In this document: in pieces, positions 31,622 through 42,799 of the stretch | Layout: every line of letters begins with the position of its first letter | Position numbering within the stretch: the stretch's first letter is position 1 | Assembly: GCA_027923505.1 (NCBI GenBank) | Contig: BROI01000008.1 | Coordinates: 310,001 to 374,000, forward strand | DNA length: 64,000 nucleotides | DNA from: Mayamaea pseudoterrestris | Lineage: Eukaryota | Direction: 5' to 3' | The notes under the pieces: model-generated | The model's database searches: none | Told to the model about the DNA's origin: nothing | What the model saw: only the letters and a program-made list of their open reading frames with translations | Translations under genes and position numbers: made by a program

Positions 31622-31933
31622 TGCTTGAGTACTTAGTGTATGTAGCGTGCAGGTTGGGAACGGATAAATTATAAATGATAGATAATACCCCGTCGAAGAA
31701 TGAAGAGGGTTGAAAGAAGTTTTTACGTGTGCGTCCGAGTGAGTGGTTCAACACGCGCGTCGTCATGTCGCATAGTGACTCGTCATAACCGCTCCGACGA
31801 CGCAATCGGTCATCGTCAGTTCGGTCTTTATCGGTACCTCTGTCACCACGACTGGATTGCAGATTGCAGCAAACATCTCGGTGCACAACGTTTCGCAGAA
31901 TATCTGGCAGCGAGTCTTCTTTTTGTCATAATC

Positions 31934-32759
31934 ATGCGGTCTGAGCGAGCCATTCGTCGACAGGACGAGCCAACAGGTGAGTTTCATCTTTGCTGCTTGG
32001 CAAATCTCCAACTACATGCAGTCGGGCAGTCCACTGTCCACTGCGAATTGCGAATTTTGCGCTAGCGGTGCTTTAGTGCTCGGTCACATTTGAAATCGAA
32101 ATGCAAAGATTAGTGGCTAAACCACGCCATTCCTCATAGATCCCATTCACCACCATGTTAACAATACCTATCGGGCAGCGATACTTACTGCGTTGGAGTC
32201 ACAGAAGGATTACCGCGATCGTTCAAACATTGATGCCATTCGTCGACACGCGCAGGATTTGTTGGAAGGGCAAACACCATGGAATGACACCTTGTTTCTA
32301 CGCACGCTTAAAGCCATTGTTAGATACGGGGAGGTTGATTTATTTGCCAACACCACCATTGAACTTTCGGCCGAGTATAAGCGAAACCGCGCGGATTCTT
32401 TCATGAAAAGGCTGAACGAAACGTTGGACGACGCGGAAGGCGCTATAAGCGTTCCTTCTGCGCCACAACCACCTCGAGCCTTGAAAGACTCACCGCCGGC
32501 TCGGCGACCAGAACATGACAAGTTTCGCATCATTCCCAAAAAGATTTACGATAAGACAATGTACGTCTTGTACATGAACTTTGAATGGAGGGCGTTGCGC
32601 GAGCCATCTCTTTCTCACACGCTATTTCGGTTGCCATATGCAGAGTTAAGAATTCTATGGATACTCATTGAGAGCTTTATGAGTTTATTTAGTGTCATGC
32701 AGGAGTATTGTGGTGTTGGACTCAGTCGCTTCTTCACTAGAGAGATGACACCCCTTTAA
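31934..32759 (+). CDS. Protein with a linker-histone H15-like winged helix; intron 31977-32139, possible second intron 32561-32643 (stop then 32671)
   Basis: A GTGAGT..GCTAA..TAG intron joins ATG 31934 in frame, giving 'TYRAAILTALESQKDYRDRSNIDAIRRH..FLRTLKAIVRYGEV'. Confidence 0.6.
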
Positions 32760-33575
32760 TCTACCGTAAGGTTTCGTTTACAGTTAACACCAAACTATGA
32801 AGAGTTAAGCTTATGTATTAAAGCATACATAAAAACTGTACAAGATTTGGGTTTTGTGTATGACATGACAGTAGTGGTGTGATTAAGAGAAAACGCACTG
32901 CTGTGAATCGATGCCATCCAGTGTATCTCAAAGGGTCCACCCTCGACTCGTATTTTTTATTCTTGATCACAAGCTTTGCTTTCCGGACAATGTCTATTAA
33001 TTAATGGTTTGCTTCCCCTTGCCCTGCCATGCTGCATCCCACTACCGTCCTATGCCGGTCGACGGTATAGTATCTGCCATGATGATCGTGTGCCTACTGC
33101 TAGCTAGGATATGAATACTGCATCGCCGAACATAATGATTGGCCAAGCTGGATTCATATGAGTCAAAAATTTATCCGAGAGAACAGAAAGAACAGACATA
33201 CGCTAGAAGGGCATATATAAACTAACGGTAGTGCGAGTTTATTTAACGGCTCCAGCTTCGCGTTGATGTTTCTCATCCGCACCAGCAAGATCCACACATC
33301 GCACACTCCACAGCAAAGCACTTGCATATCTTTCCAGCATTAGATCATAGACGACTGCTTGAGCTTGACTATCCCATTTGTATAACTTCAAACGTGCTTC
33401 GATGAATAGCTGCGAGCAAGAACTGGTCTGAAATTTGAATCGCGCAGGTGCTGGTGCTGATCAATCAACAGGAAAGACCCAAGTTCGTATTCGTCCAAAA
33501 GCTGAGCGACAAGCAACAAGCAACGCGAACGTTTATCACAAACATCCACGCTTACACAGAAAGTGCAACAACTGG

Positions 33576-35396
33576 ATGGAAACGCTAAGCATCTCCAAAA
33601 TTGCTGTCAGCACTTTGAATTTGCCAATGCAGCTGCCTTCTCAAATGGTTCCTATAGAGGAAAAGGAGCGGCCAAACTTTGATGATCAAGGACAAAAGAC
33701 AGTTACGCAGCCGCTCACAAGCGCACCGCCAAATCCTCTCCTGCTTGTTCGTATGAAGCAACTTAGCGAACCTTTGACTACATCGCGTCGATCCATCTTT
33801 AGCAATTTTTGGCGAGGAAGAAAGGCTTCAAAAAGCAACGAAGTGGAGCTTACTGAACCGAATGGGCAGAGCAACTCTGGAACGCCAACACCACAGTCAC
33901 CACCAGTGCCTTCCATTAGAGCTAGATCCAGATCCATTTCTGCCATTGCCAAGACTCCAGAGGACGCTAGGCTTTGTGTCGACTTCTTTTCTCCTCCGGT
34001 AGTGCGATCTGTCTTGAATCACCATGAGCACTTTTTGCCGTTGGATCGTCTCGGCCAGAACCACATGCTGCCCGTCTTGCCGTTGCCATTACGAAGATTT
34101 TACAGTGACGGTAGGAGCTCGCCGTTGCAAGGCATGTATCCGCTGTTGAAGCCGGAGTCAATTTTGAAAAGGCACTCATCGTATGGCTCGAGCAAGGCTG
34201 AGGATACACTAGCAATGTTGAAAGACACATGTCCCTGGGGTCAGATATTACAAGTTTCTACTATCACAGACTCGTCAACGTCGCTACAATCGGATACCCC
34301 TGGTATCAACGGCAGCCATAGCAGCAGTAGCGCTGCAAAACGAAGAGCCGTCTCGTTTGACCCAAGAGTGACCGTCTGTGAGTTTGAAGACTCCATTCCA
34401 CGTGACTGGTTTTCGGAGGCAGAACTGGACCGCTTTCGTGCACAGACCGTCATGCGTGCACAAGCCTACCTTATGGACCATCCGGAAATGATCCGAGCCT
34501 ACCAGCAGCCGTATCTAGATCCAATTACTGGCACGATGCGTAAGAAGGCGCTGTATTCCATGCCATGCTTGAGGTCCTCTGCAAGTGATGTCAATGGAAG
34601 AGACGATGTGAACGACGACGTCACGGAATCTGAAGGGACGCTAAATGTGCAAGATGCTGCCCAGGCCCGCCATTTGATGATGCATCATGCGCTGGAGCGG
34701 GCTGCCAAGCAACACGTCCAAGACATTCTCATTGTGGATCGCAACAATGTTTGTCTTGATCTATTTCATAGATCGCTCAAACAAATTTTTCCTCATGCAC
34801 GTATTGGGCTTGCTGACTCGGCACAAAAAGCATTAATGATGTTTCGCAGAGAGCTTATTGAAAAGAAGAAGGGATTTGATATTGTTATAGCAGAAGAGGC
34901 CCTCTACGTGCCGCCGACGAACTCGACAACACTTCCAATCACAAGGGGCAAAAGTTTAGACTCGATGACAACCAGTGCTGCTAGGCAGCAACAACTCCTG
35001 CACTCGCGCCATGCATCGCTCGAAGGATTCGTTTATGACGGTCCTGAACCTGTGCGTACTACACCAAGTAAGTCAGTTGCTCCTGTAACGGCAACAATGA
35101 CTGGTACGCAACTACTTTCTCGAGTATCGAGAGAGGCTGGGTTGCTGACTGTCACCTCCCAAACCAGTCCGCAGGGGATGTTGCGTCCAATTTCTTGCCC
35201 ATTTATTCCACTCTTGGTGGTTGTCGCTTCCCATTCCGATGGTGAAAAGAACAAGCTGCTGGAGTCTGTGGATCTTGTTTTGAGTAAGCCACCTCCATTA
35301 ATGAACGTGCAATTGAGAGACCTGATGGTGGAGACGCTGCTTGCAAAAAGAGCTGCGGCCAAATTCCGGGAGAGCAGCAACATCGATGCATCATGA
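33576..35396 (+). CDS. Uncharacterised protein with 'VSFD..V..WFS..E' motif and an atypical receiver-like domain (start uncertain)
   Basis: Long ORF with 'RRAVSFDPRVTVCEF..WFSEAELDRF' and 'ILIVD..SAQKAL..FDIVIAE..MTGTQLL..VDLVLSKP'. Confidence 0.6.
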   Translation: METLSISKIAVSTLNLPMQLPSQMVPIEEKERPNFDDQGQKTVTQPLTSAPPNPLLLVRMKQLSEPLTTSRRSIFSNFWRGRKASKSNEVELTEPNGQSNSGTPTPQSPPVPSIRARSRSISAIAKTPEDARLCVDFFSPPVVRSVLNHHEHFLPLDRLGQNHMLPVLPLPLRRFYSDGRSSPLQGMYPLLKPESILKRHSSYGSSKAEDTLAMLKDTCPWGQILQVSTITDSSTSLQSDTPGINGSHSSSSAAKRRAVSFDPRVTVCEFEDSIPRDWFSEAELDRFRAQTVMRAQAYLMDHPEMIRAYQQPYLDPITGTMRKKALYSMPCLRSSASDVNGRDDVNDDVTESEGTLNVQDAAQARHLMMHHALERAAKQHVQDILIVDRNNVCLDLFHRSLKQIFPHARIGLADSAQKALMMFRRELIEKKKGFDIVIAEEALYVPPTNSTTLPITRGKSLDSMTTSAARQQQLLHSRHASLEGFVYDGPEPVRTTPSKSVAPVTATMTGTQLLSRVSREAGLLTVTSQTSPQGMLRPISCPFIPLLVVVASHSDGEKNKLLESVDLVLSKPPPLMNVQLRDLMVETLLAKRAAAKFRESSNIDAS

Positions 35397-35739
35397 GAAT
35401 ATATATGAACTAACAGTAAATGTAAGGCCAAGAAATAGACTCTGGATATACGTACAAACTAATGCTGCAAATTATATTAAACTAATTCGAGCAGCTATTT
35501 TTACAGGTCCCTTACTTCACAATAGTGTTAAGCTACCGGTAGCTACCTGTAAAGCCCGCTTGTATTCGTGAGCTCGTACCGGTAATAAATTACCGTCAGT
35601 GCGACACGACAGTGATCTCGAGCACCGCTCATTCTTTGGCAAAACTGTGCCGATCCTGTCATAGATTGACCAACGCATATTGAACTGTTCATCGTGCAAT
35701 AGTTTACCAATATCGATCAACTTGACAAATACTGTAATC

Positions 35740-37212
35740 ATGAATCTGTCTATGATTCGATCGCTGGTTCTTCTCGCTGGTGGATGTGCCTATAGCAATG
35801 CCTTTGCACCTCTGCAAACAACCCGATGGGCGGCAGGATTGACGACAATAATGTCCTCATCCACTATACTTTATTCAGGTCCACCACAAAAGAGCGTATT
35901 TCTAACTCCCGAAACAACCAAAACATGCGCCAAAGTTGCTGGAGGTACGCCACTGTACGTTTACAGTGTCGAGCAACTCACCAAGGCGGCCGACGCTTGC
36001 TTGGCCTTTCCCAACGCCTACGGCTTGACGGTACGATTTGCCATGAAAGCTTGTCCCAATGCAAGCATCTTAAAGCTCTTTAGCAGCAAGGGAATCCACG
36101 TGGATGCGAGTTCTGGATATGAGGCCCGAAGAGCCATTTACAGGGCGGGTATTCCCGCCGAGCACATTTCCTTGTCGACACAGGAGTTGCCGAAAGATTT
36201 CGCCGATCTGGTGGACATGGGAGTGAAGCTCAACGCCTGTTCAATTTCACAATTGGAGCATTTTGGCCAACGTTATGCCGGAACTGGAGCAAGGGTTGGT
36301 ATACGCATTAATCCCGGTGTTGGCAGTGGTGGGTTCTCCGCGTCTACGACGCAGTTTAGCAAGACTAACGTCGGCGGGCCTTCCAGCTCATTTGGTATCT
36401 GGCACGAGCTAGTCACGGATGGGACGGTACCAAACATTGTTGAGAAATACGGCCTGAATGTGGAGCGCATTCATACGCACATTGGATCAGGAAGTGATCC
36501 AGGCATTTGGCAGCAGGTTGCTACCAAGTCATTGTCGTTCTGCAAGACTTTTTCGACAGTGACGACGCTGAACTTGGGAGGCGGATACAAAGTGGGTAGA
36601 AATGAAGGTGAAGCAACTACCGACTTGCAGGAAATTGGAAAACCGGTCATTGAAGCATTCCGAAAGTTTGCGGCTGACGAAGGCCGGGAGCTGCGTTTGG
36701 AGATTGAGCCGGGCACATACCTCATGGCCATGTCGGGTGCATTGGTCAGCACTGTCCAAGATATTGTGCAGACAACGGGAGAAGGTGGCCACACGTTCCT
36801 CAAGCTTGATGCTGGCATGACAGATGTCCTCCGACCATCGCTATACGGCGCCATCCACCCAATCACTGTGTTGCCAGGCTCTGGTGAGACGTCTGATGTT
36901 GGAACAGAGACTGAATCAGTCGTTGTCGTTGGTCACTGCTGTGAGTCGGGCGATCTTATGACTCCTAAACCAGGCGAACCGGAGGACTTGGCTGAACGTC
37001 GATTGCGAAAGGCTTGCATCGGAGACTACCTAGTCATAGATGGCTCGGGGGCCTATTGCTCGGCCATGTCGACTAAGAACTACAATAGCTATCCCGAATC
37101 GCCCGAAGTTCTTTTGGAGGAGTCAACGGGCAAGGCGCATCTCATTCGCAAGCGTCAGTCACTTGAGCAAGTGTATCAAAACGAAATTGATGCACCCGAA
37201 GGTGTATTTTAG
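35740..37212 (+). CDS. lysA: Diaminopimelate decarboxylase, plastid-targeted
   Basis: 'TPLYVY', 'FAMKA', 'HTHIGS', 'NLGGG', 'IEPG', 'CESGD' and 'GAYC'. Presequence 'SNA-FAP'. Confidence 0.95.
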   Translation: MNLSMIRSLVLLAGGCAYSNAFAPLQTTRWAAGLTTIMSSSTILYSGPPQKSVFLTPETTKTCAKVAGGTPLYVYSVEQLTKAADACLAFPNAYGLTVRFAMKACPNASILKLFSSKGIHVDASSGYEARRAIYRAGIPAEHISLSTQELPKDFADLVDMGVKLNACSISQLEHFGQRYAGTGARVGIRINPGVGSGGFSASTTQFSKTNVGGPSSSFGIWHELVTDGTVPNIVEKYGLNVERIHTHIGSGSDPGIWQQVATKSLSFCKTFSTVTTLNLGGGYKVGRNEGEATTDLQEIGKPVIEAFRKFAADEGRELRLEIEPGTYLMAMSGALVSTVQDIVQTTGEGGHTFLKLDAGMTDVLRPSLYGAIHPITVLPGSGETSDVGTETESVVVVGHCCESGDLMTPKPGEPEDLAERRLRKACIGDYLVIDGSGAYCSAMSTKNYNSYPESPEVLLEESTGKAHLIRKRQSLEQVYQNEIDAPEGVF

Positions 37213-37541
37213 AGTTGTTATGATCGCTTTACAAAAAGCATTCATAGCTGTAACTGCAAGTTCAACTCCAATGGTTGTGGCAACTCGCATCCAGCTTCAT
37301 TTGTAACATGATAAGATGAATGAACACTACTTTTTACGTCGTACGTCGTAAATTACCGGTAGCTTGAGGCAGACCTACTGCGACACGCGATCTACGTCAT
37401 TGCCCCTCAGTGACATCATGTCGATGGATTCGCGCCGTCGAATCGGCCATGCCACAAACTTGGATGATTACACACAGCCAATCTACACACTGTTTGTCGA
37501 CTCTCACAGTCAGTCAAAAGATTGCCAGGGAAGCCATCAAC

Positions 37542-39409
37542 ATGAATGTGGGAGCTTATTCGAGTATGACGGCTATAATTTTCATGCTGATTGCCTGTCT
37601 ACCTCTGAGTGATGCTTTTGTTGCTCCCTCATGGCAGCAGAGATTAACGTCACGAACAATAAGTATCGCTCTTCAGCGACCGCAAAATTTACCAGGAACA
37701 AGATCAAAGAGAGAAACTGGTCTCAAGAATATGATGTTTGATCAGTTAACAAATGCCATGTCCAAAATTGCCACAACTCTCAGTGGAGGCGGGAAAAAGA
37801 CCATGACGGAACAGTCCATCAAGTCGGCCCTCCGCGAAACACGACGCGCTCTTTTGGATGCTGATGTCAACATCGAAGTCGCAGATACTCTCATTGCTGG
37901 AGTACAAGCAAGAGCATTAGGACAAGAAGTGATACAGGGTGTCACGGCTGATCAACAATTCATCAAGGCCATGTATGATGAACTTGTCGACTTGTTCGGT
38001 GGAGATGCAACTAATCTTCGTGCAGCTGCAGACCCGATGGCGTCGCTGCCAGCAGCAACTCTGTCTGTCGGAACTATTGACAGTCCAGCGGTTATTCTAC
38101 TCGCTGGTTTGCAAGGAGCCGGAAAGGTAAGATCGTGTGAACAAAGTTGCTCATGACTCGGTCATGTCCGGCTACTCACTTTGTTCTCCTTTGGGTTTAG
38201 ACGACAGCTGCGGGCAAACTTGCCTTGTTTCTTAAGGAGCGAGAGGTAGACTACGATAAAGCGGCTTTGATAGAAGCTCAAAAAAGCAATGTTGACCCAA
38301 ATCGGATGCTTCCAAGCCGACTGCCGAAGCGAAATCGTAAGGTACTTCTAATTGCTGCCGATGTCTATCGGCCTGCAGCCATTCAACAGCTGCAAATTCT
38401 GGGAGAGTCGATTGGAGTTGAAGTTTATGCAGAAGGAACTGACGCGGACCCCGTCCAGCTTGTTGCCAATGGAATTGCATACGCCAAGAAAAGCCATGTT
38501 GACACCGTCATCGTGGACACGGCTGGTCGTCAGGTGATTGACGCCAAGTTGATGGGCGAACTCCAGCGCATGCAGCAAGCCGCAATGCCGGATGAAACCC
38601 TTCTTGTGGTTGATGCCATGACGGGGCAGGAAGCTGCGTCGTTGACTGCTGCCTTTGACGCCGCCGTGCCATTGACGGGAGCCATTTTAACTAAAATGGA
38701 TGGCGATTCACGCGGAGGAGCGGCGCTGAGTGTACGTGGAGTGAGCGGAAAAGCAATTAAATTTGTTGGTACGGGTGAACGAGTCGCGGATCTTGAGCCA
38801 TTCTATCCGGATCGCATGGCTAGTCGCATTCTCGGAATGGGCGATGTCGTTAGTTTAGTCGAAAAGGCAGCTGCAGAGGTATCCGATGCCGATGCAATAA
38901 AAATGGAGCAGAAGATTCGAGAGGCTAGGTTTGATTTTGACGATTTCTTGAAGCAGACGGAACTGCTTGGAAAGATGGGCAGCGTTGCTGGACTTGCAAA
39001 AATGATGCCAGGTATGGGCGGCCAAATGAACAATCAACAGCTCCGCGATGTCGAGAAACGGATAAAAGTTAACAAATCGATGATATGCAGCATGACTAAA
39101 GCCGAACGAGCAAACCCAGAACTACTTATCAAGGATAGAACTGCGCGCTCCAGGTTGATGCGAATATCTAAGGGTTCTGGAAGAACTTTGGAGGAAGCGG
39201 TAAATTTTATGAGCGAGTTTCAAAAAATGAAAACCATGATGAGTCGAATGCAAAAGCAAATGGGAGGGCAGGACCCGGCCAATCCAGTGCTTGATTCCGA
39301 TTCCGGGCAAGATATGGATGCGATGCTGGGCAACCGGGCCATGCGAAGGTTCGCCAAGAAAAGCAAAAATAAAGGAACTGGCAGGGGTTTTGGTGGAGGC
39401 TTTGGCTAA
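37542..39409 (+). CDS. cpSRP54: Plastid signal recognition particle protein cpSRP54/Ffh; intron 38127-38200
   Basis: 'ALLDADV', 'GLQGAGK|TT', 'DVYRPAA', 'DTAGR', 'TKMDGDSRGG' and M-domain 'SMTKAER.NP'. Presequence 'SDA-FVAP'. Confidence 0.95.
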
Positions 39410-40770
39410 ATTTTTCGTGAGCGCATGCATTCATTGCCTTTGACTAGCACCTTGGTGGCCTCTGCAATAGCGTCAATTGCTGTGCATTACAAACGTAAAG
39501 TTGTAATAAAAATTTGTTGTACAGTCAGGAGCTATGTAATGCATTCACCGCCGAAAGATAAAGAAACGGACAAGTCAGTGACAGGGCACGAAAGCTCGAC
39601 GCTTGGCTCGAATGGTGAGCAATCGTTGGGTGGATGCATGTGCAGCATTCATGTAGTCCGTCACTGTGTTCAGCATTGGCGGGCGCATGGCTGGAGATAT
39701 CACTTTGATCGGTCGCCTTAAGAAGACTCGTCGTCGTCGATGCAAATAACAATTGCGCTATCGCGCCCGCTTTAAAAGGCCCAATGATATGCTGGCTACC
39801 CTTAAATGCGTTATGGGAAGGGTAGGTTGAGACACATCTAAAGCAGCCATGCTGCTAACAAACCAGCCGGACGCATTTGACTTTCACCGTAGCTGCAGTT
39901 AAAATGTATCATACCGCCATTATTCTTATGCTCCAAAACTCAAAGTCAACACTGGCCGAGCCGAAAGCATAATCGTCGACATGACGCACCAGATGGTTCC
40001 ATCCTGTCACTTTGCTGCAAACTCTTCTTTAGATAGCCCGAAATCGCTGTCCCATTGACCCATGGGCTGCCCGGAACTGCTTTGACATACTGCTTGGTGG
40101 TTTTGCAATCACTTGTAAACAGAATCTCTCCCAAACACAATTTGAACAACAGCAAGTCCGAGAACGCGCGGCAAATGGCATCTGCGTGGGTTCCTCAAAG
40201 CCGGAACAATAAACAAAAGTGCTGCCTACGTACGGGATAAGGGCTTTGGAAGAGACTGATGGGACAAAGGTTAGTAATTCGCGGCTGTGCCATGGAATGA
40301 GCGTAGAGCTCGAGAGAACAACCAAAAGCTGATGTGCTCATAAAGACGATCATCGCCTTGCATTCCTTGCAAAGTGCGTGGGTACAATTCGAGGTGAAAT
40401 CAACGGGGCCATCGCATCGACGAAGCCACATGATGCTGCTCCGTCTCGTTGTCATGTCAGACAAGCCTGGAAAAAGTTCAGATGCATTCAAAGTGGCCTC
40501 CCCAACCACGATTGCGAATGCAAATTTCTAAAGTGCCCTCGCCAGCAGCTCCCAAAAGAAGACGCACCCTTGCTCGTCAAATTCTTGCCTTAGCAGCGAG
40601 GACAGCAGTGCTCTAAGTCCAGCAGGGAACACTGTTTCTCGCAAAACTACAACCCGTTTGGAGTGAGGTGCGATGTCGAGCGAAACGGAATCGGATGATC
40701 AGTCGTGTCACATCCATTCGTGATGCGACATGCATGAACGGTGGACTCCGTCTCATTTCTGTGATCACTA

Positions 40771-41532
40771 ATGGATGTCACCATGGCGTCCAGCCGTTCC
40801 TACTATCGACTCATTCCTTGTCTCGTTACCTTCATATTGTCATATACCATGGCGTTCCAACGCACAGGTAGCTTACTGGCGCGCAATAAGGCCTTCCGAA
40901 CGACGCGACCGAGGATTTCTCCCGACTTTTTGATGACTATGTTTGCTGCAGAAAACACAATGAAGGAAGAAGTTGATCCTGGAATAGTGGAAGGAACATC
41001 GCTACGCATCGTCAAGTATCCAGCACCGTCTTTACGGGCAAAGAATGAAGACGTGACTATGGAAGAACTCAAGGACGGCTCCATTCCCAAGCTTGCCAGG
41101 GAAATGTTTCTCGTCATGTACGCTGCTGAAGGTGTTGGACTAGCAGCCCCTCAGGTCGGGGTAAACAAGAAATTGATGGTGTTCAATGAGTCTGGTGACC
41201 GTAAGAAGTGGCTTGACGAAGTAATTATGATTAATCCGCGCATTGTCGAGTTTAGTGAGGCCACTGAAGTGGGTACGGAGGGTTGCCTGTCCTTTCCAGA
41301 CATGGACGGCGAGGTTCAACGAGCCAAGTCGATCAAAGTGGAAGCACTGAATACGAGAGGAAAGAAGATTACGAAGAAGTTCACTGGCTGGACAGCTCGC
41401 ATATTCCAACACGAATACGACCACCTTGACGGCGTCGTTTACGTGGATCGACTGGATGCGGAAGGGAGGGCGAAAGTGCAGCCCCGGCTGAACGAACTTA
41501 TTCAAGAATTTGGTGAAGGTGGTGCTCTTTAA
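40771..41532 (+). CDS. def: Peptide deformylase (PDF1B-like), probably plastid-targeted
   Basis: 'GVGLAAPQVG', 'EGCLS' and 'HEYDHLDG'. Hydrophobic presequence ending 'TMA-F'. Confidence 0.95.
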   Translation: MDVTMASSRSYYRLIPCLVTFILSYTMAFQRTGSLLARNKAFRTTRPRISPDFLMTMFAAENTMKEEVDPGIVEGTSLRIVKYPAPSLRAKNEDVTMEELKDGSIPKLAREMFLVMYAAEGVGLAAPQVGVNKKLMVFNESGDRKKWLDEVIMINPRIVEFSEATEVGTEGCLSFPDMDGEVQRAKSIKVEALNTRGKKITKKFTGWTARIFQHEYDHLDGVVYVDRLDAEGRAKVQPRLNELIQEFGEGGAL

Positions 41533-41600
41533 TACCTTTTTATAACTAATGGGAGTACACTGCCCTTCTAGCTACTGATCGACAGCGTCGAATCACAATA

Positions 41601-42594
41601 TTAGCCTTCCACTTTTGCTTGCATCCTGTTGTACCAATCTCGCAACGGACCGTCTCGAAGTGTAATGATTCTACCATGAGCTGGAAGACCAGCAATGGCT
41701 CTTAGACTGCCATACAATGCTAAGTCTCCCAAGTGTGGGTCTCGTCTACCTGAGACAAAATCGCTTGATCCACCTGCAAGCCCGTCACTTTCAATCGTTT
41801 GCAAAGCTGTTTCAAGTGCAGCACGTTCATCCGTTATCCCTCGTCTCTCTATGAACAAACAGCGCAAGTAGTAATGTCTTGTGAGATTCGAGCTGAATGT
41901 ATGCTAGGCCCTTGAATAATGGTGACGCATTCCATAGTTACTTACTCTTTACGCGCGACGCTGCCATGTACATGGCGAGCGATCCGACTGTTTGGATGGC
42001 AATCTTTTGTACAGTTGAGAAATGGTCATGCTGATGGATGTAGCTAAATGCTTGGTAGGAGTCTTTCAAAGTGCCACATATGTTCGGATAGAGAAGGGGC
42101 GCGAGTTGGTCATTGGCAAAACCTTGCCAGCGTCGTGCCTGGGGTCCATTGAATTCAGTAGTGTCCATCGTGGGTTTGGTAGTTGTAAGCAGTCCTTGCA
42201 CAATTTCGTTAGATCCGAAATACAACTTGTCGTTGATTGTAGCTATTGGGACCTTTTTGTATTCCTTGGACCTGTCGAATGTCGAATGATGATGCGGTGA
42301 GGCGTGAGACTTGCCGATTGCCGGCGACCATCGCGCTGCTATGTTTGCTCAAGTACATGACGTAGCATACCAATTGATTTCCGCTTTTGTCAATGGATTT
42401 ACTTCCACTGATTTGTATGGTGTATTCGTGTAATCAAGGAGCGTTTTTACTTTGCTGCAAAATGGGCATATTTCGTATTGATACAGTGTGACTTTAACAT
42501 GGTTCGCGTGGCTGGCGAACGTGCGGGCAATGTGATTCCATCTGCCACATTTCATTCCTGTTCGTGTTAAATGAGCAATCATTTTCATATTCAT
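41601..42594 (-). CDS. PTGES2: Prostaglandin E synthase 2-like (glutaredoxin/GST fold); introns 42272-42370 and 41849-41945
   Basis: 'LYQYEICPFCSKVK..LDY', 'VEVNPL', spliced 'W|SKEYKKVP', 'LLYPNI', 'ITDERAAL' and 'PHLGDLALYGSLRAI'. Confidence 0.88.
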
Positions 42595-42799
42595 ATACGC
42601 CAGCTATCGCAGAGGATGAACGAGGCGCTTGAGACAATCGCACCATGACGAAGTGTCGCACGTTTCATCAATCGAACAGTTGATAACCGGTAAGACGCAA
42701 AGCGACTGCCATTCATTCGGCATGCTTGTGACCGCGCGGCGACGTAACACAACACACCCTCTCGTCCATTGACAATCAGCTACACGACGAATCGACAGC

